Below, piece after piece: positions 1-10,707 of a DNA stretch of 64,000 bases (its first letter is position 1; each line of letters begins with the position of its first letter). Source of the stretch: the human T2T-CHM13v2.0 reference genome, Homo sapiens; assembly GCF_009914755.1 (NCBI RefSeq), contig NC_060933.1. One strand, 5' to 3'. Both the position numbers and the translations under genes were made by a program. The notes beneath the pieces are model-generated. The model had not been told where the DNA came from and did no database searches. It saw only the letters and a list, made by a program, of their open reading frames with translations.

Positions 1-3000
1 CCTAGGAGAGAAGCATCGTTTCCTGGGCCAGTTCCATGAGCCCCCTCTATGTGCAGCCTCAGGACACTGCTGCCGGCATCCCTGCAGCTCCATTTCCAAC
101 TCCAGTCATGGCTGAAAGATGCACAGGTAGAGTTTGCATCCCTGCTTCAGGGGTGCAAGTTCCAAGCCTTGGTGTCTTCCACATAGTGTTAAGCCAGCAG
201 CTGCACAGAGCACAAAACTAGAGGCTTGGGGGCCTGTGTCTAGACTCCAGAGTATGTACGGAAAAACCTGGGTGTTCAGGCAGAAGCTTTTCCAAGAGGC
301 AGAGCCTCATGGCACACCTTTACCAGGGCAGTACAGAAGGAGAAAATGGGGTTGGAGTCCCTAAATATGGAGACACCATTCTCCAGACCTTAGATTCATA
401 GATGCACCAACAGCTGGCACCCTTAGTGTGGAAAAGCCACAGGCACTCAACACAGCCCAGCCCATGAGGGCAGCTGTGGGGGATATATCATGCAAATCCA
501 CAGGTGCAGAGTTGCCCAAGGCCTTGGGAGCCCAGCCATCACATGCCTGTGCTCTAGATGTGAGATGTAGATCCAGAAAAGATGATTTGGAGCTGCAGGA
601 TTCAATGACTGGCCTGCTGGGTTTTTGACTTCATGGGGTCTGTAAGTCCTTGGACTTTTCAGTAAATGCTGGAATGAGTTAAGTCATTGGGGGACAGTAG
701 AGAAGTCATCATTGTATTTTGCAGTGTGACAAGGATACAAGATTTGGGGACCAAAGGCCAGAATAATATGATTTGGTTCTGCGTCCCTACCAATACTCAT
801 GTGGAATCGTAATGGGGAATGTTAAAGTTGGGGCCTGGTTGAAGGTGACTTAATCATGGAGAAGAGTGGGGGTTGGAGGTAGGGGTTTGGGGAGAATGGG
901 GGAGATTATTTTGTGGGTGGGGGTGAAAGATGAGGATAGGGGGGTGGATTCTTCACAAATGGTTAATCACTATCTCCTTAATGCTGTCTGCATGATAGTG
1001 AGTTCTCTTGATGATCATGGAGCTTAAAGATTGAGTGAATACTGTCCTGCTGGGTTTTGGACTTGCATTAGGCCTGTGGTCCCATTTGTGTTATTTTTAT
1101 GGGAAATTTCTTCCCTTTGGATTGGGAAAGCTTACACAATGCCTGTACCATCATTGTACCTTGAAAGAAAAGAAATCCCTTTTAAATTCAGGGACTCATA
1201 TGCAGAAGGGACAGTAGCCTTGTCTCAGGTGAGACTTTGAACTTTTTACATTTGGAATGAGTTAAGGCTGTTGGAACTTTTGAAAAGGCATGATTGTATT
1301 TTACTCTGTGATAAGGACATGAGATTCTGGGATAGCAGGGTCAGAATAATATGGTTTGGCTGTGTGTCCCTATAAAAATTCATGTGGAATTTTAATTCCA
1401 AATGTTGAAGTTGGGGCCTGGGGGAGATGATTTAATCATGGACTGGAAGGGGTTGGGGTGGAAGGAAAAGGGTTGGTTAGGGTGGGGAGGAGTAGGCTGG
1501 CAGTAGGGTGGTGGGAGGGTGGTGGGTGGGAGGAAGGGGGAGCAGCCTGCTGCAGAGGCAGAGGCTCATGGGAAACCCTCTACTAGGGCAATGCACCTGT
1601 GGCTTTGCAGGGTTTAGCCCCTGCCGCAGCTCTCATGGGCTGGGCTGGTGTTGAGTGCCTGTAGCTTTTCCACACAAGGTGTGAGCTGTTGGTGGGTCTA
1701 TGAATCTGGGGTCTGGAGGTTGGTGGCCATCTGTGTGGGTGCTCCAAGCCCATATTTCCCTTCCACACTTCCCTAGTAGAGTTTTCCAAGAGGCTCTGCC
1801 TCTGCCTCAGGCTTCTGCCTGGAAATAGTGGGAGTTGGGGGTAGGGGGCGAATCCTTCACCAGTGGTTAAGCACCATCTTTGTGATGCTGACCTTGTGAT
1901 AGTGAGTTCTCATGAGATCTGGTTGTATAATAGGGTGTGGGACCTCTCTCCTCTCCCTGTCTTGCTCCTCCTCCTGCCACATGAATCATCTCATTGCCCC
2001 TTGACATTCTGGTATGACTGGGAGGCTTCCTGATTCCTCTTAGATGTAGAAGCCACTATACTTCCTTATAGCCTGCAGAATCATGAGCCAAGTAAACCTC
2101 TTCTTTATGATCATAGAGAAAATTAGTACTGCAAAGTGGGTCTATTAAATGTCTTCAAGGCCTTTTCCCTATTGTCTTGGGAGTGAGCACTCAGCTTCTT
2201 TTCATTGAAGTCTCTGAACCCTTCTTGAATTTTCCCCCTGAAAATGGACTTGTCTTCCCTTACTACATTGTCAGGCTGCAGCAAAGATAGCTGATAATGT
2301 AGAAGCAGGTTCAGAAGGGGGTAGCAGACAGAGTTCAGAGAGTTTGGAGGGCTTTGCAGACAAGAAGTTGAGGGAAAGTTTGGATCTTTGTAAAGAATTG
2401 TTACATACTTGTGACCAGAAGGCTCACAGGAAAATGGTGAGTGAAAGCCAGACTTAGAAGTTCTCAAATGAAAATGAGGAACTTACTGGGAACAGAAGCC
2501 AAAGTGACTTTTGTTTTGCCTTAACAAAGAATGTGGCTGCACGGTGACCCTGCCCTGGAGATCTGTGAAACTGAACTTGAGGGTGATGACTTACTGAGTA
2601 TCTGGTGGAATGAACTGGGCAGCAAATCTCAAGAGGTGTCCTGTCCCCATGGAACAGCCTGTGCTCTTATGTGTGATGGAGGAAATGACCTCTGGATGGG
2701 ACTTACATTAAATGAGTCCCGTCTCTCAGAACTCAAATTTAGGAAAATTTGGAGCCTGGCCAAGTGGTCAAAAAGAAAAGCTGATTTTCAGGGGGAAAAT
2801 TGAGGAAGGCTTCAGAAACTTGCATGAAAAGGAGCCCGGTGCTAATAGACAAGATAATAGGGAAAAAGGCCTTGAAGGCATTTCAGAGACCTTTGCAGCA
2901 GCCCTTGCTATTGTGGGCCCTGGGGCCTAGGAGAGAAGCATGGTTTCCTTGGCCAGTTCCATGAGCCTCCTCTATGTGCAGCCTCAGAACACTGCTGCCT

Positions 3001-6000
3001 GCATCCCTGCAGCTCAAGCTCCAGCCATGGCTGAAAGATGCACAGGTACAGCTCAGGTCACTGCTTCAGAGGATGCAGGCTAGAAGCCTTGGTAACATCC
3101 TCATAGTGTTAAGCCACTGGTGGACGGAGTGTGAGACTAGAGGCTTGGAAACCTCTCTATAGATTTTGGAAGATGTATGGAAATTCCTGGGTGTCCAGGC
3201 AAAACATCCCAAAAAGGCAGAGCCTTATATGAAACTTCTACTAGGGCAGTGCAGAAGGAAAATATGGGGTTGGAACTCCCACACTGGAGACCACCATCAT
3301 GCAGACCCCAGATTCATAGACCCCCCCCCCCAAAACTTGTTTCCTCAATGTGGAAAAGTCACAGGCACTCATCACCAGCCCAGCCCATGAGGGCACCCTT
3401 GGGGCATATACCCTGCAAAGCCACAGGTGCCAAGCTGCCCGAGGCCTTGGGAGCCCAGCCCTCACACCCCTGTGTCTCCTGGATGTGGGACAGGGTTTCA
3501 AAAAGGGTGATTTTGGAGCTGTAGGATTGAATGACTGGCCTTCTGGGTTTGGAGTTTCATGGGGCCAGTAAGTCCTATCTGTGTTTTGTTTTTTTTCTGG
3601 CAAAATTCTTCCTTTTGGCTGGGAATGCTTACCCAATGCCTGTACAAGCATTGTACCTTGGAAGTAGTTAACTTGCTTTATATTTCAGAGGCTCATGGGC
3701 CTAAGGGACTGTAGCCTTGTGTCAGATGAGACTTTAGGCTTTGGACATTTGTATAAATGCTGGAATGATATAAGATTTTATGGGACTTTAGGGAAGGCAT
3801 CATTGTATTTTGCAATGTGAGAAGGACATGAGATTTGGGGAGTGAGGGAAAGAATAATAAAATTCAGCGCTGTGTCCCTACCAAAACTCATGTGGAATTG
3901 TAATTGGAATGTTAAAGGTGGGGCCTGGTGGAAGATGATTTAATCACGGTGCAGAGTGGGGGTTGGAAGATGGGGGTGTAGGGAAAATGGGGGAATTATG
4001 GTGGGGGTGAGGGGTGAAAATTGGGGTGGGGGGTCAGATCCTTCACAAATCATTAAACACTATCTCCTTATTGCTGTCCTTGTGACGGTGAGTTCTTTTC
4101 ATGATTTTAGAACTGTAAAATTAAATGGATACTGGCCTCCTGGGTTTTGGACTTGCATTGGGCCTGTGGTCCCATTTGTGTTATTTTCCTGGGAAATTTC
4201 TGCCCTTTTGATTGAAAAAGCTTACCCAATGCCTGTACCATTATTGTACCTTGAAAGAAAGAACATCCTTTTAAATTCAGGGACTCATAGGCAAAAGGTA
4301 CTGTAGACTTGTCTCAGATGAGATGTTGAATTTTTTACATTTGAGTTATTGTTGGAATGAGTTAAGACTTTTGGAAAATTTTGAAAAGGCATGAATATAT
4401 TTTGCTCTGTGAGAAGGACAAGAGACTGCAGGGTATCAGGTCAGAATAATATGATTTGGCTGTGTTTCTTTACCAAAACTCATGTGAATTGTAATTCTTA
4501 ATGTTGGAGGTGGGACCTGGCTGGAGGTGATTTAATCATGGATGGGAGGGGGACCGGGGATGGAAGGAAAGGGGTGGGTAGGGTGAGGAGTAGGTTGTTA
4601 GTAGGGTGGTGGGTACTAGGAGGGGGGAGTAACCTGCTTCAGAAGCAGAGGCTCATGGAAAGTCTCTACTAGGGCAGGGCACCTGTGGCTTTGCAGGGTG
4701 TAGCCCCCATGGCTGCTGTCATGGGCTGGGTTCGTGTGGAGTGCCTGTAGCTTTTCTGCTCTGAGAGTGCAAGCTGTTGGTGGGTCTATGAATCTGCAGT
4801 CTGGAGGATGGTGGCCTCCTGTATGTGGGCTCCAAGCCTACATTTTCCTTCTGCACTGCCCTGGTAGAGGTTCTCCAAGAGGCTCTGCCTCTGCAGGAGG
4901 CTTCTACGTGGAAACAGTGGGGGGTGGTGTGGGTGGATCCTTCACCAATGGTTAATCTTCTTGATGCTGATCTCCTGATACTGAGTTCTCATGAGATCTG
5001 GTTGTATAACAAGTGTGGCACCTCTTTCCTCTCTCTGTCTTCCTCCTACACCTGCCATATGGAACATCTCATTGTCGCTTGGCCTTCTGGTATGGTAGGA
5101 GACTTCCTGAGTCCTCCCAGAAGCAGAAGCCACTATGTTCCCTTTACAGCCTGCAGAACCGTGAGCCAATTAAACCTCTTTTTAAAATAATACTACAGAA
5201 AATTTGTACTGTAGAGTGGAGCTATGAAATGCCCTCAAGGTTTTTTTCCTGATTTTTTACTATTAACATTTGGCTTCTTTTATATGCAAATATCTGAAGC
5301 CTTCTTGAATTTTCCCCCTGAAAATGGACTTTTTTTCTTTTACCACACTGCCAGGCTGTCACAACGATAGCTGAAAGTGTAGAAGCAAGTTCAGAAGCAG
5401 GTTCAGAAGCTGGGTAACGACCACAGGCTGCACAGTTTGGAGGGCTTGGAAGAAGACAGAAAGATGAATGAAAGTTTTGACTATTGTAGAGACATGTTAA
5501 ATAGTTATAATTAAAAGGGTGACTGAAGGATGGATAGTGAAGGCCAGGCTTAGAAGGTCTCAGATGAAAATGAACAACTTACTGGGAGCAGAAGCCAAGG
5601 TAACTTTTCTTTTGCCTTAGCAAAGAACTTGGCTGGATGGTGCCCCTGCCCTGGTGACCTGTGAAACTTTGAACTTGAGGGTGATGATTTAGGGTATATC
5701 TGGTGAAATGAACTTCTAGGCAGCAAAGCTCAAGAGGTATCTTGTCTGTATTGAACAGCCTGTGGTGTTCTGTGTGACCAAATAAATGACCTCAAGTTGA
5801 AACTTATATTTAAATGAGAAGCAGAGCTTTGAAGTTTGATTTGCAGCCTGCCCAAGAGGTCAAAAAGAAAAGCTGATTTTTAGTGGGAAAATTCAAGAAG
5901 GCTTCAGAAATGTGCATAAAATGGAGCCCAGTGCTAATAGCTAAGACAATGTTAAAAAGGCCTTGAAGGCATTTCAGAGACCTTTGCAGCAGAGCTTGCT

Positions 6001-8150
6001 GTCAAAGGCCCTGAGTTCTAGGACCAAAGAATGGTTTCCTGGGTCAGTCCCATGGTCGCGCTGCTGTGTCCATCCTCAGGACAGTGCCGCCTGCATCCCT
6101 GCAGCTCCAGCTCCAGCTCCAGCCATGGCTGAAAGATGCACAGGTACAGCTTGGTTCACTGCTTCAGAGGGTGCAAGCTGCAAGCCTTGGTGGCTTCCAC
6201 ATAGTGTTAAGCCAGCAGGTGCACAGGCTTGGGAGCCTTTGTCTAGACTCAAGAGTATGTAAGGAAAAACCTCAGTGTCCAGCTGGGCAGAAGCTTTTCC
6301 AAGAGGCAGAGCCTCATGGGAAACCTTTACTAGGGCAGTGCACAAGGAACATACAGGGTTGATGCCCCCATACAGGGAGGAACCATTTTCCAGACCCCAG
6401 ATTCATAGACCCACCAACTGCTTGCACCCTCAGTGTGGGAAAGCCACAGGCACTGACCACCAGCCCAGCCCACGAGGGCAGCTGTGGGGAAAGACCCTGC
6501 ACAGCCACAGAAGCTGAGCTGCCCAAGGCCTTGGGAGCCCCGCCATCCACTCTTGTGCTCTAGATGTGGGATGTAGATCCTTTCAGGAAAGATGATTTGG
6601 AGCTGTAGGATGGAATGACTTTCCTGCTGGGTTTTTGACTTGCATGGGGTCTGCAAGTCCCATCTGTGTTTTGTGCTTCCCTCTGACAAATTTCTTCCTT
6701 TTGGCTGGGAATGCTTACCCAATGTCTCTACAATCATTGTACCTTGGAAGTAGTTAACTTGCTTTGTATTTCAGAGGCTCGAGCAGAAGGGATGGCAGCG
6801 TTGTCTCAGATGAGACTGGGCTTTGGACATTTCAGTAAATGCTGGAATGAGTTAAGACTTTGGGGGACTGTAGAGAAGGCATCATTGTATTTTGCAGTGT
6901 GACAACGATATGAGATGTGGGGAGACCTGGGTGAGAATAATGTGATTTGGCCCTGTGTCACTACCAATACTCTCGTGAAATTGTAATGGGGAATGTTAAA
7001 GGTGGGGCCTGGTGGGAGATGATTTAATCATGGAGAAGAGTGGGGGTTGGAGGTGGGGGAGTGGGGAGAATAGGAGAGATTATTTTGTGGGTGGGGGTGA
7101 AAAATGAGGGGGAACGGATTCTTCACAACTGGTGAAACACTATCTCCTTAATACTGTCTGCGTGATAGTGAGTTCTCTTGATGATTATGGAGCTTAAAGA
7201 TTGAGTGAATATTGTCCTGCTGGGGTTTGGACTGACATTTTTGTCATTTTTCTGGGGAATTTCTTCCCTTTGGATTGAGAAACCTTACTTAATGCTTGTA
7301 CTATCATTGTATCTTGAAAGAAAAGAAATGCCTTTTGAACTCAGGGACTCATAGGCCGAAGGGACTGTAGCCTTGTCTCAGATGAGACTTTGAATTTTTT
7401 ATATTTGGAATGAGTTAAGAATTTTGGAAACTTTTGAACATGCATGACTGTGTTTTGCTGTGTGAGAAGGACATGAGGTTCTGGGGTATCTGGGTCAAAT
7501 AATATGGATTGACTGTGTGTCCATATAAAACTCATATGGAATTGTAATCCTTAATTTTGGGGCCTGGTGGTAGGCGATTTAATCTTGAATGGGAGGGGGT
7601 TCCGGGTGGTAGGAAAAGGAGGGGTAGGGTGGGGAGGAGTAGGTTGTCAGTAGGGTGGTAGGAGGATGGGGGGTAGTAGGAAGGGGGGGAGTAGCCTTCT
7701 GCAGAGGCAGAGGCTCATGGAAAACCTCTACTAGGGCAGTGCACCTGTGGCTTTGCAGGCTTTAGCCCCATGGCTGCTCTCATGGGCTGGGCTGGTGTTG
7801 AGTGCCTGTAGCTTTTCCATACTGAGGGTGTGAGCTGTTGGTGGGCCTATGAATCCGGGATCTGGAGGATGGTGGCCTCCTTTTTGGGGGCTCCAAGCCC
7901 ATATTTTCCTTCTGCACTGCCATAGTGGAAGTTTCTCAAGAGGCTTGGCCTCTGCAGGAGGCTTCTGCCTGGAAACAGTGGGCGGTGGTGTGGGTGCAGG
8001 ATCTTCTTGATGCTGATCTCCTGATAGTGAGACCTCATGTGATCTGGTTGTCTAACAGGGTGTGGTACCTCTTTCCTCTCTCTGTCTTGCTCCTACCCCT
8101 GCCATATGAAACATCTCATTGCCACTTGGCCTTCTGGTATGATTAGGAAG
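1..8150 (+). repeat. ~3-kb-unit tandem array (macrosatellite) of rearranged MaLR (MST/THE1-type) LTR and internal fragments; units ~1-2925, 2926-6017, 6018-8150 (last one partial)
   Basis: CCTAGGAGAGAAGCAT..TTTCCT.GGCCAGTTCCATG occurs at 1 and 2926, with a homologue at ~6018, and the units are colinear. MST/THE1-like LTR starts (TATG.TTTGG..TGTGTCCC) follow purine-rich tracts at ~768, 1349, 4449, 6940 and 7503. MaLR internal motifs (CTGCAAAGCCACAGG, CCCAAGGCCTTGGGAGCCC, TCTCAGATGAGACTTT) recur. Confidence 0.9.
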
Positions 8151-9560
8151 GGCCTGGTCAGTGTGGGCCTGGTCAGTGAACTAGTCAGTTGGGACTTGGT
8201 CAGTGAGGCCTATTTACTGGGGGAATGGTCAGCCAGGGTCTGCTTAGAGAGGGTCTCATTAGAGGGATCGAGTAGTGCAGGTCTTGGTGAGTGGGGACCT
8301 AGTGGCAGACAAATGTTTGGTGTCTGGTCAGTGCAAACCTGGGCTGCAGGGCTTGGTGAGTGGAGACCTGGTCAGCTGTGGCTTAGTGGTAGCCTTGTCA
8401 GAATGGGCTGGGTCACTGGTGACCCGGTCAAGGGGTGCTATTCAGTGGAGGCCTGGTCACATGGCACCTAGTCAGCAGGGCATGTCCTCATCAGTGAGGC
8501 CCTTGTCAGTGGGACCCTGGTCATGGCAGCCTGGTCAGGTCAGTGGAACCTAATCAGTGGGGGCCTGGTCAGAGAGGACTTGATCAGTGGTGGCTTTTGT
8601 AGCACTGGTCTATGGGGTGACCTGGTCAACGGGGGTCTGAGCGGTACATGCCTGTTCAGTGGTGCCTAGTCACTAGGTTCCTGGTCGGGGCATCTGGTCA
8701 CCGCAGGCCTGGTTAGTAGGGACCTGGTCACTGGCAGCCTGTTCCCTGGAGACCTGGTCAGTGGGGCTTCATCTGTGGGGCCAGGCAATGGGGTCATGAT
8801 TGGTGGAATGTGGTCAGGGAGGCCTTGTCAGTGAGGCCCTGGTCAGTGAGGCCTTGCCAGGGAGGTCTTGTCAGTGAGGCCCTGGTCAGTGAGGCCTTGT
8901 CAGGGAGGTCTTGTCAGTGAGGCCCTGGTCAGTGAGGCCTTGCCAGGGAGGTCTTGTCAGTGAGGCCCTGGTCAGTGAGGCCTTGTCAGGGAGGTCTTGT
9001 CAGTGAGGCCCTGGTCAGTGAGGCCTTGCCAGGGAGGTCTTGTCAGTGAGGCCCTGGTCAGTGAGGCCTTGTCAGGGAGGTCTTGTCAGTGAGGCCCTGG
9101 TCAGTGAGGCCTTGCCAGGGAGGTCTTGTCAGTGAGGCCCTGGTCAGTGAGGCCTTGTCAGGGAGGCCTTGTCAGTGAGGCCCTGGTCAGTGAGGCCTTG
9201 CCAGGGAGGCCTTGTCAGTAAGGCCCTGGTCAGTGAGGCCTTGCCAGGGAGGTCTTGTCAGTGAGGCCCTGGTCAGTGAGGCCTTGCCAGGGAGGTCTTG
9301 TCAGTGAGGCCCTGGTCAGTGAGGCCTTGCCAGGGAGGTCTTGTCAGTGAGGCCCTGGTCAGTGAGGCCTTGTCAGTGAGGTCCTTGTCAGTGGGGTCCT
9401 GGACACTGTGGGCCTGGCAGCGGGAATCTAGTTAGTGGGGCCTGGTGATGGGGGCCTAATCAGTGAGAGTGTGGTCAGGGAGGACCTGATGTGCGGGATC
9501 TGGTCAGCAGGGACCTGGTCAGTGGGGCTGCTGAGCACTGCTGGGAGGTGTCAGGGGAAA
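8150..9560. repeat. GC-rich minisatellite with a 14-15-bp monomer (GGTCAGTGAGGCCT-like); homogeneous 43-bp core at ~8812-9390
   Basis: About 13 copies of GGTCAGTGAGGCCTTG(C/T)CAGGGAGGTCTTGTCAGTGAGGCCCT, flanked by degenerate GGTCAGTGGGGCCT monomers. Confidence 0.95.
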
Positions 9561-9734
9561 TGCATGTTATCAGGGGCCCTATGGACAGCTGGGATGGCCC
9601 AGTGGTGTCCAATGGCCCAGTCAAAAGTGGACAAAGCAGGTGTTTGGATGGACCTGGGAGATCTTGCTCAGAGATTCTGAAAGAACAAAGGTAAAGGAAG
9701 GGCCAGAGTGGCTAGAGAGATGGTAACAGTCTAT

Positions 9735-10707
9735 GGGCTGCACAGGATGGAGGAAGCCAGGGAACAGGCAGGGTGGGCAGTAGGGGTGCAGGGAGAGGCA
9801 GGTGCATGCTGGGAGGTCGGACCCTGTGAGGGCTGTGGGGGCGTCAGGTGGGGTGGGCTCCAGGTGCACTCTCAGTGTGCACTGGGCAGGTCTCGGTCCA
9901 GGCTCTCTGGACCCTGGTCGGGTGATGTGGTCACTCCCTGGGGGACTGCTGTCAGGCCTAGCCACCCACCCTTGGCAGCACTGTCCCATCTCAGGACTGG
10001 ACTTTCTCAGATCCTGCAGAGGGCACAGCCTCCAGCCCAGGAGGGGCAGCCCCTTGGTGCAGCCTAAGCTCTCCATGGGCCTGGAGCATCCCTGCCAGCC
10101 CTGCGCTCCCTCTACTCCCAGGTCCCGCTTTTCAAGTGTCAGCCAGCAGAGAGGCTCCGTCCTCCCTTCCCTATGTGTCTCCTGGGCTAAAACTTGGGGC
10201 GCATTGGGACAGGGATGGTGCTTTCCTCAGGCCCATTTAGGGAGGGGACTGGCTCCCAGCCTGGCACAGGTCCTCAGCTCTGCCTTGGTTGCCTTAGAGT
10301 GACATGGATCAGTCAGTGCCCTGAAGGTAAATGGAAGAGACTGTCCCTGCTGTGTGGGAGGCTGGTCTAGGGATGGAGGGCTTGGCAGGTCCTCCCAGTC
10401 TGTCAGGCCTGGACAGCACTGTCCTGTCTCAGGACTCAGAAAATCTGGTCTTGGGATGGGACGGTGCTGCCCAGGGTGGGTGGCCAGGGCTTGACAGCAG
10501 TCCCCCAGGGAGTGACCACATCAGCCAACCAGGGTCCAGGGAGCCTGGCCTGAGACCCACCCAGTGCATTGAGGGTGCACCTGGAGCCCACCCCACCTGA
10601 TGCCCCCACAGCCCTCGCAGGGTCTGACCTCCCAGCATGCACCTGCCTCTCCCTGCACCCCAGATGTCCACCCTGCCTTTTCCCTGATTTCCTCCATCCT
10701 GTCCAGC
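9735..10707. repeat. Inverted repeat with ~280-bp arms (9735-10016 and 10430-10707) and a ~410-bp spacer
   Basis: GGTGCAGGGAGAGGCAGGTGCATGCTGGGAGGTC (9785) is the reverse complement of GACCTCCCAGCATGCACCTGCCTCTCCCTGCACC (10626). Similarity continues over both arms. Confidence 0.92.

Noticed and set aside
36-8146. Many 60-136 aa ORFs recurring with similar peptides (RPQIHRP, CKATGA)
   Set aside because: They are translations of repeated, decayed MaLR internal sequence, and frames and strands are inconsistent between units.
8812-9390. Regular array resembling a CRISPR or coding repeat
   Set aside because: There are no unique spacers, the 43-bp period is not a multiple of 3, and the context is eukaryotic.
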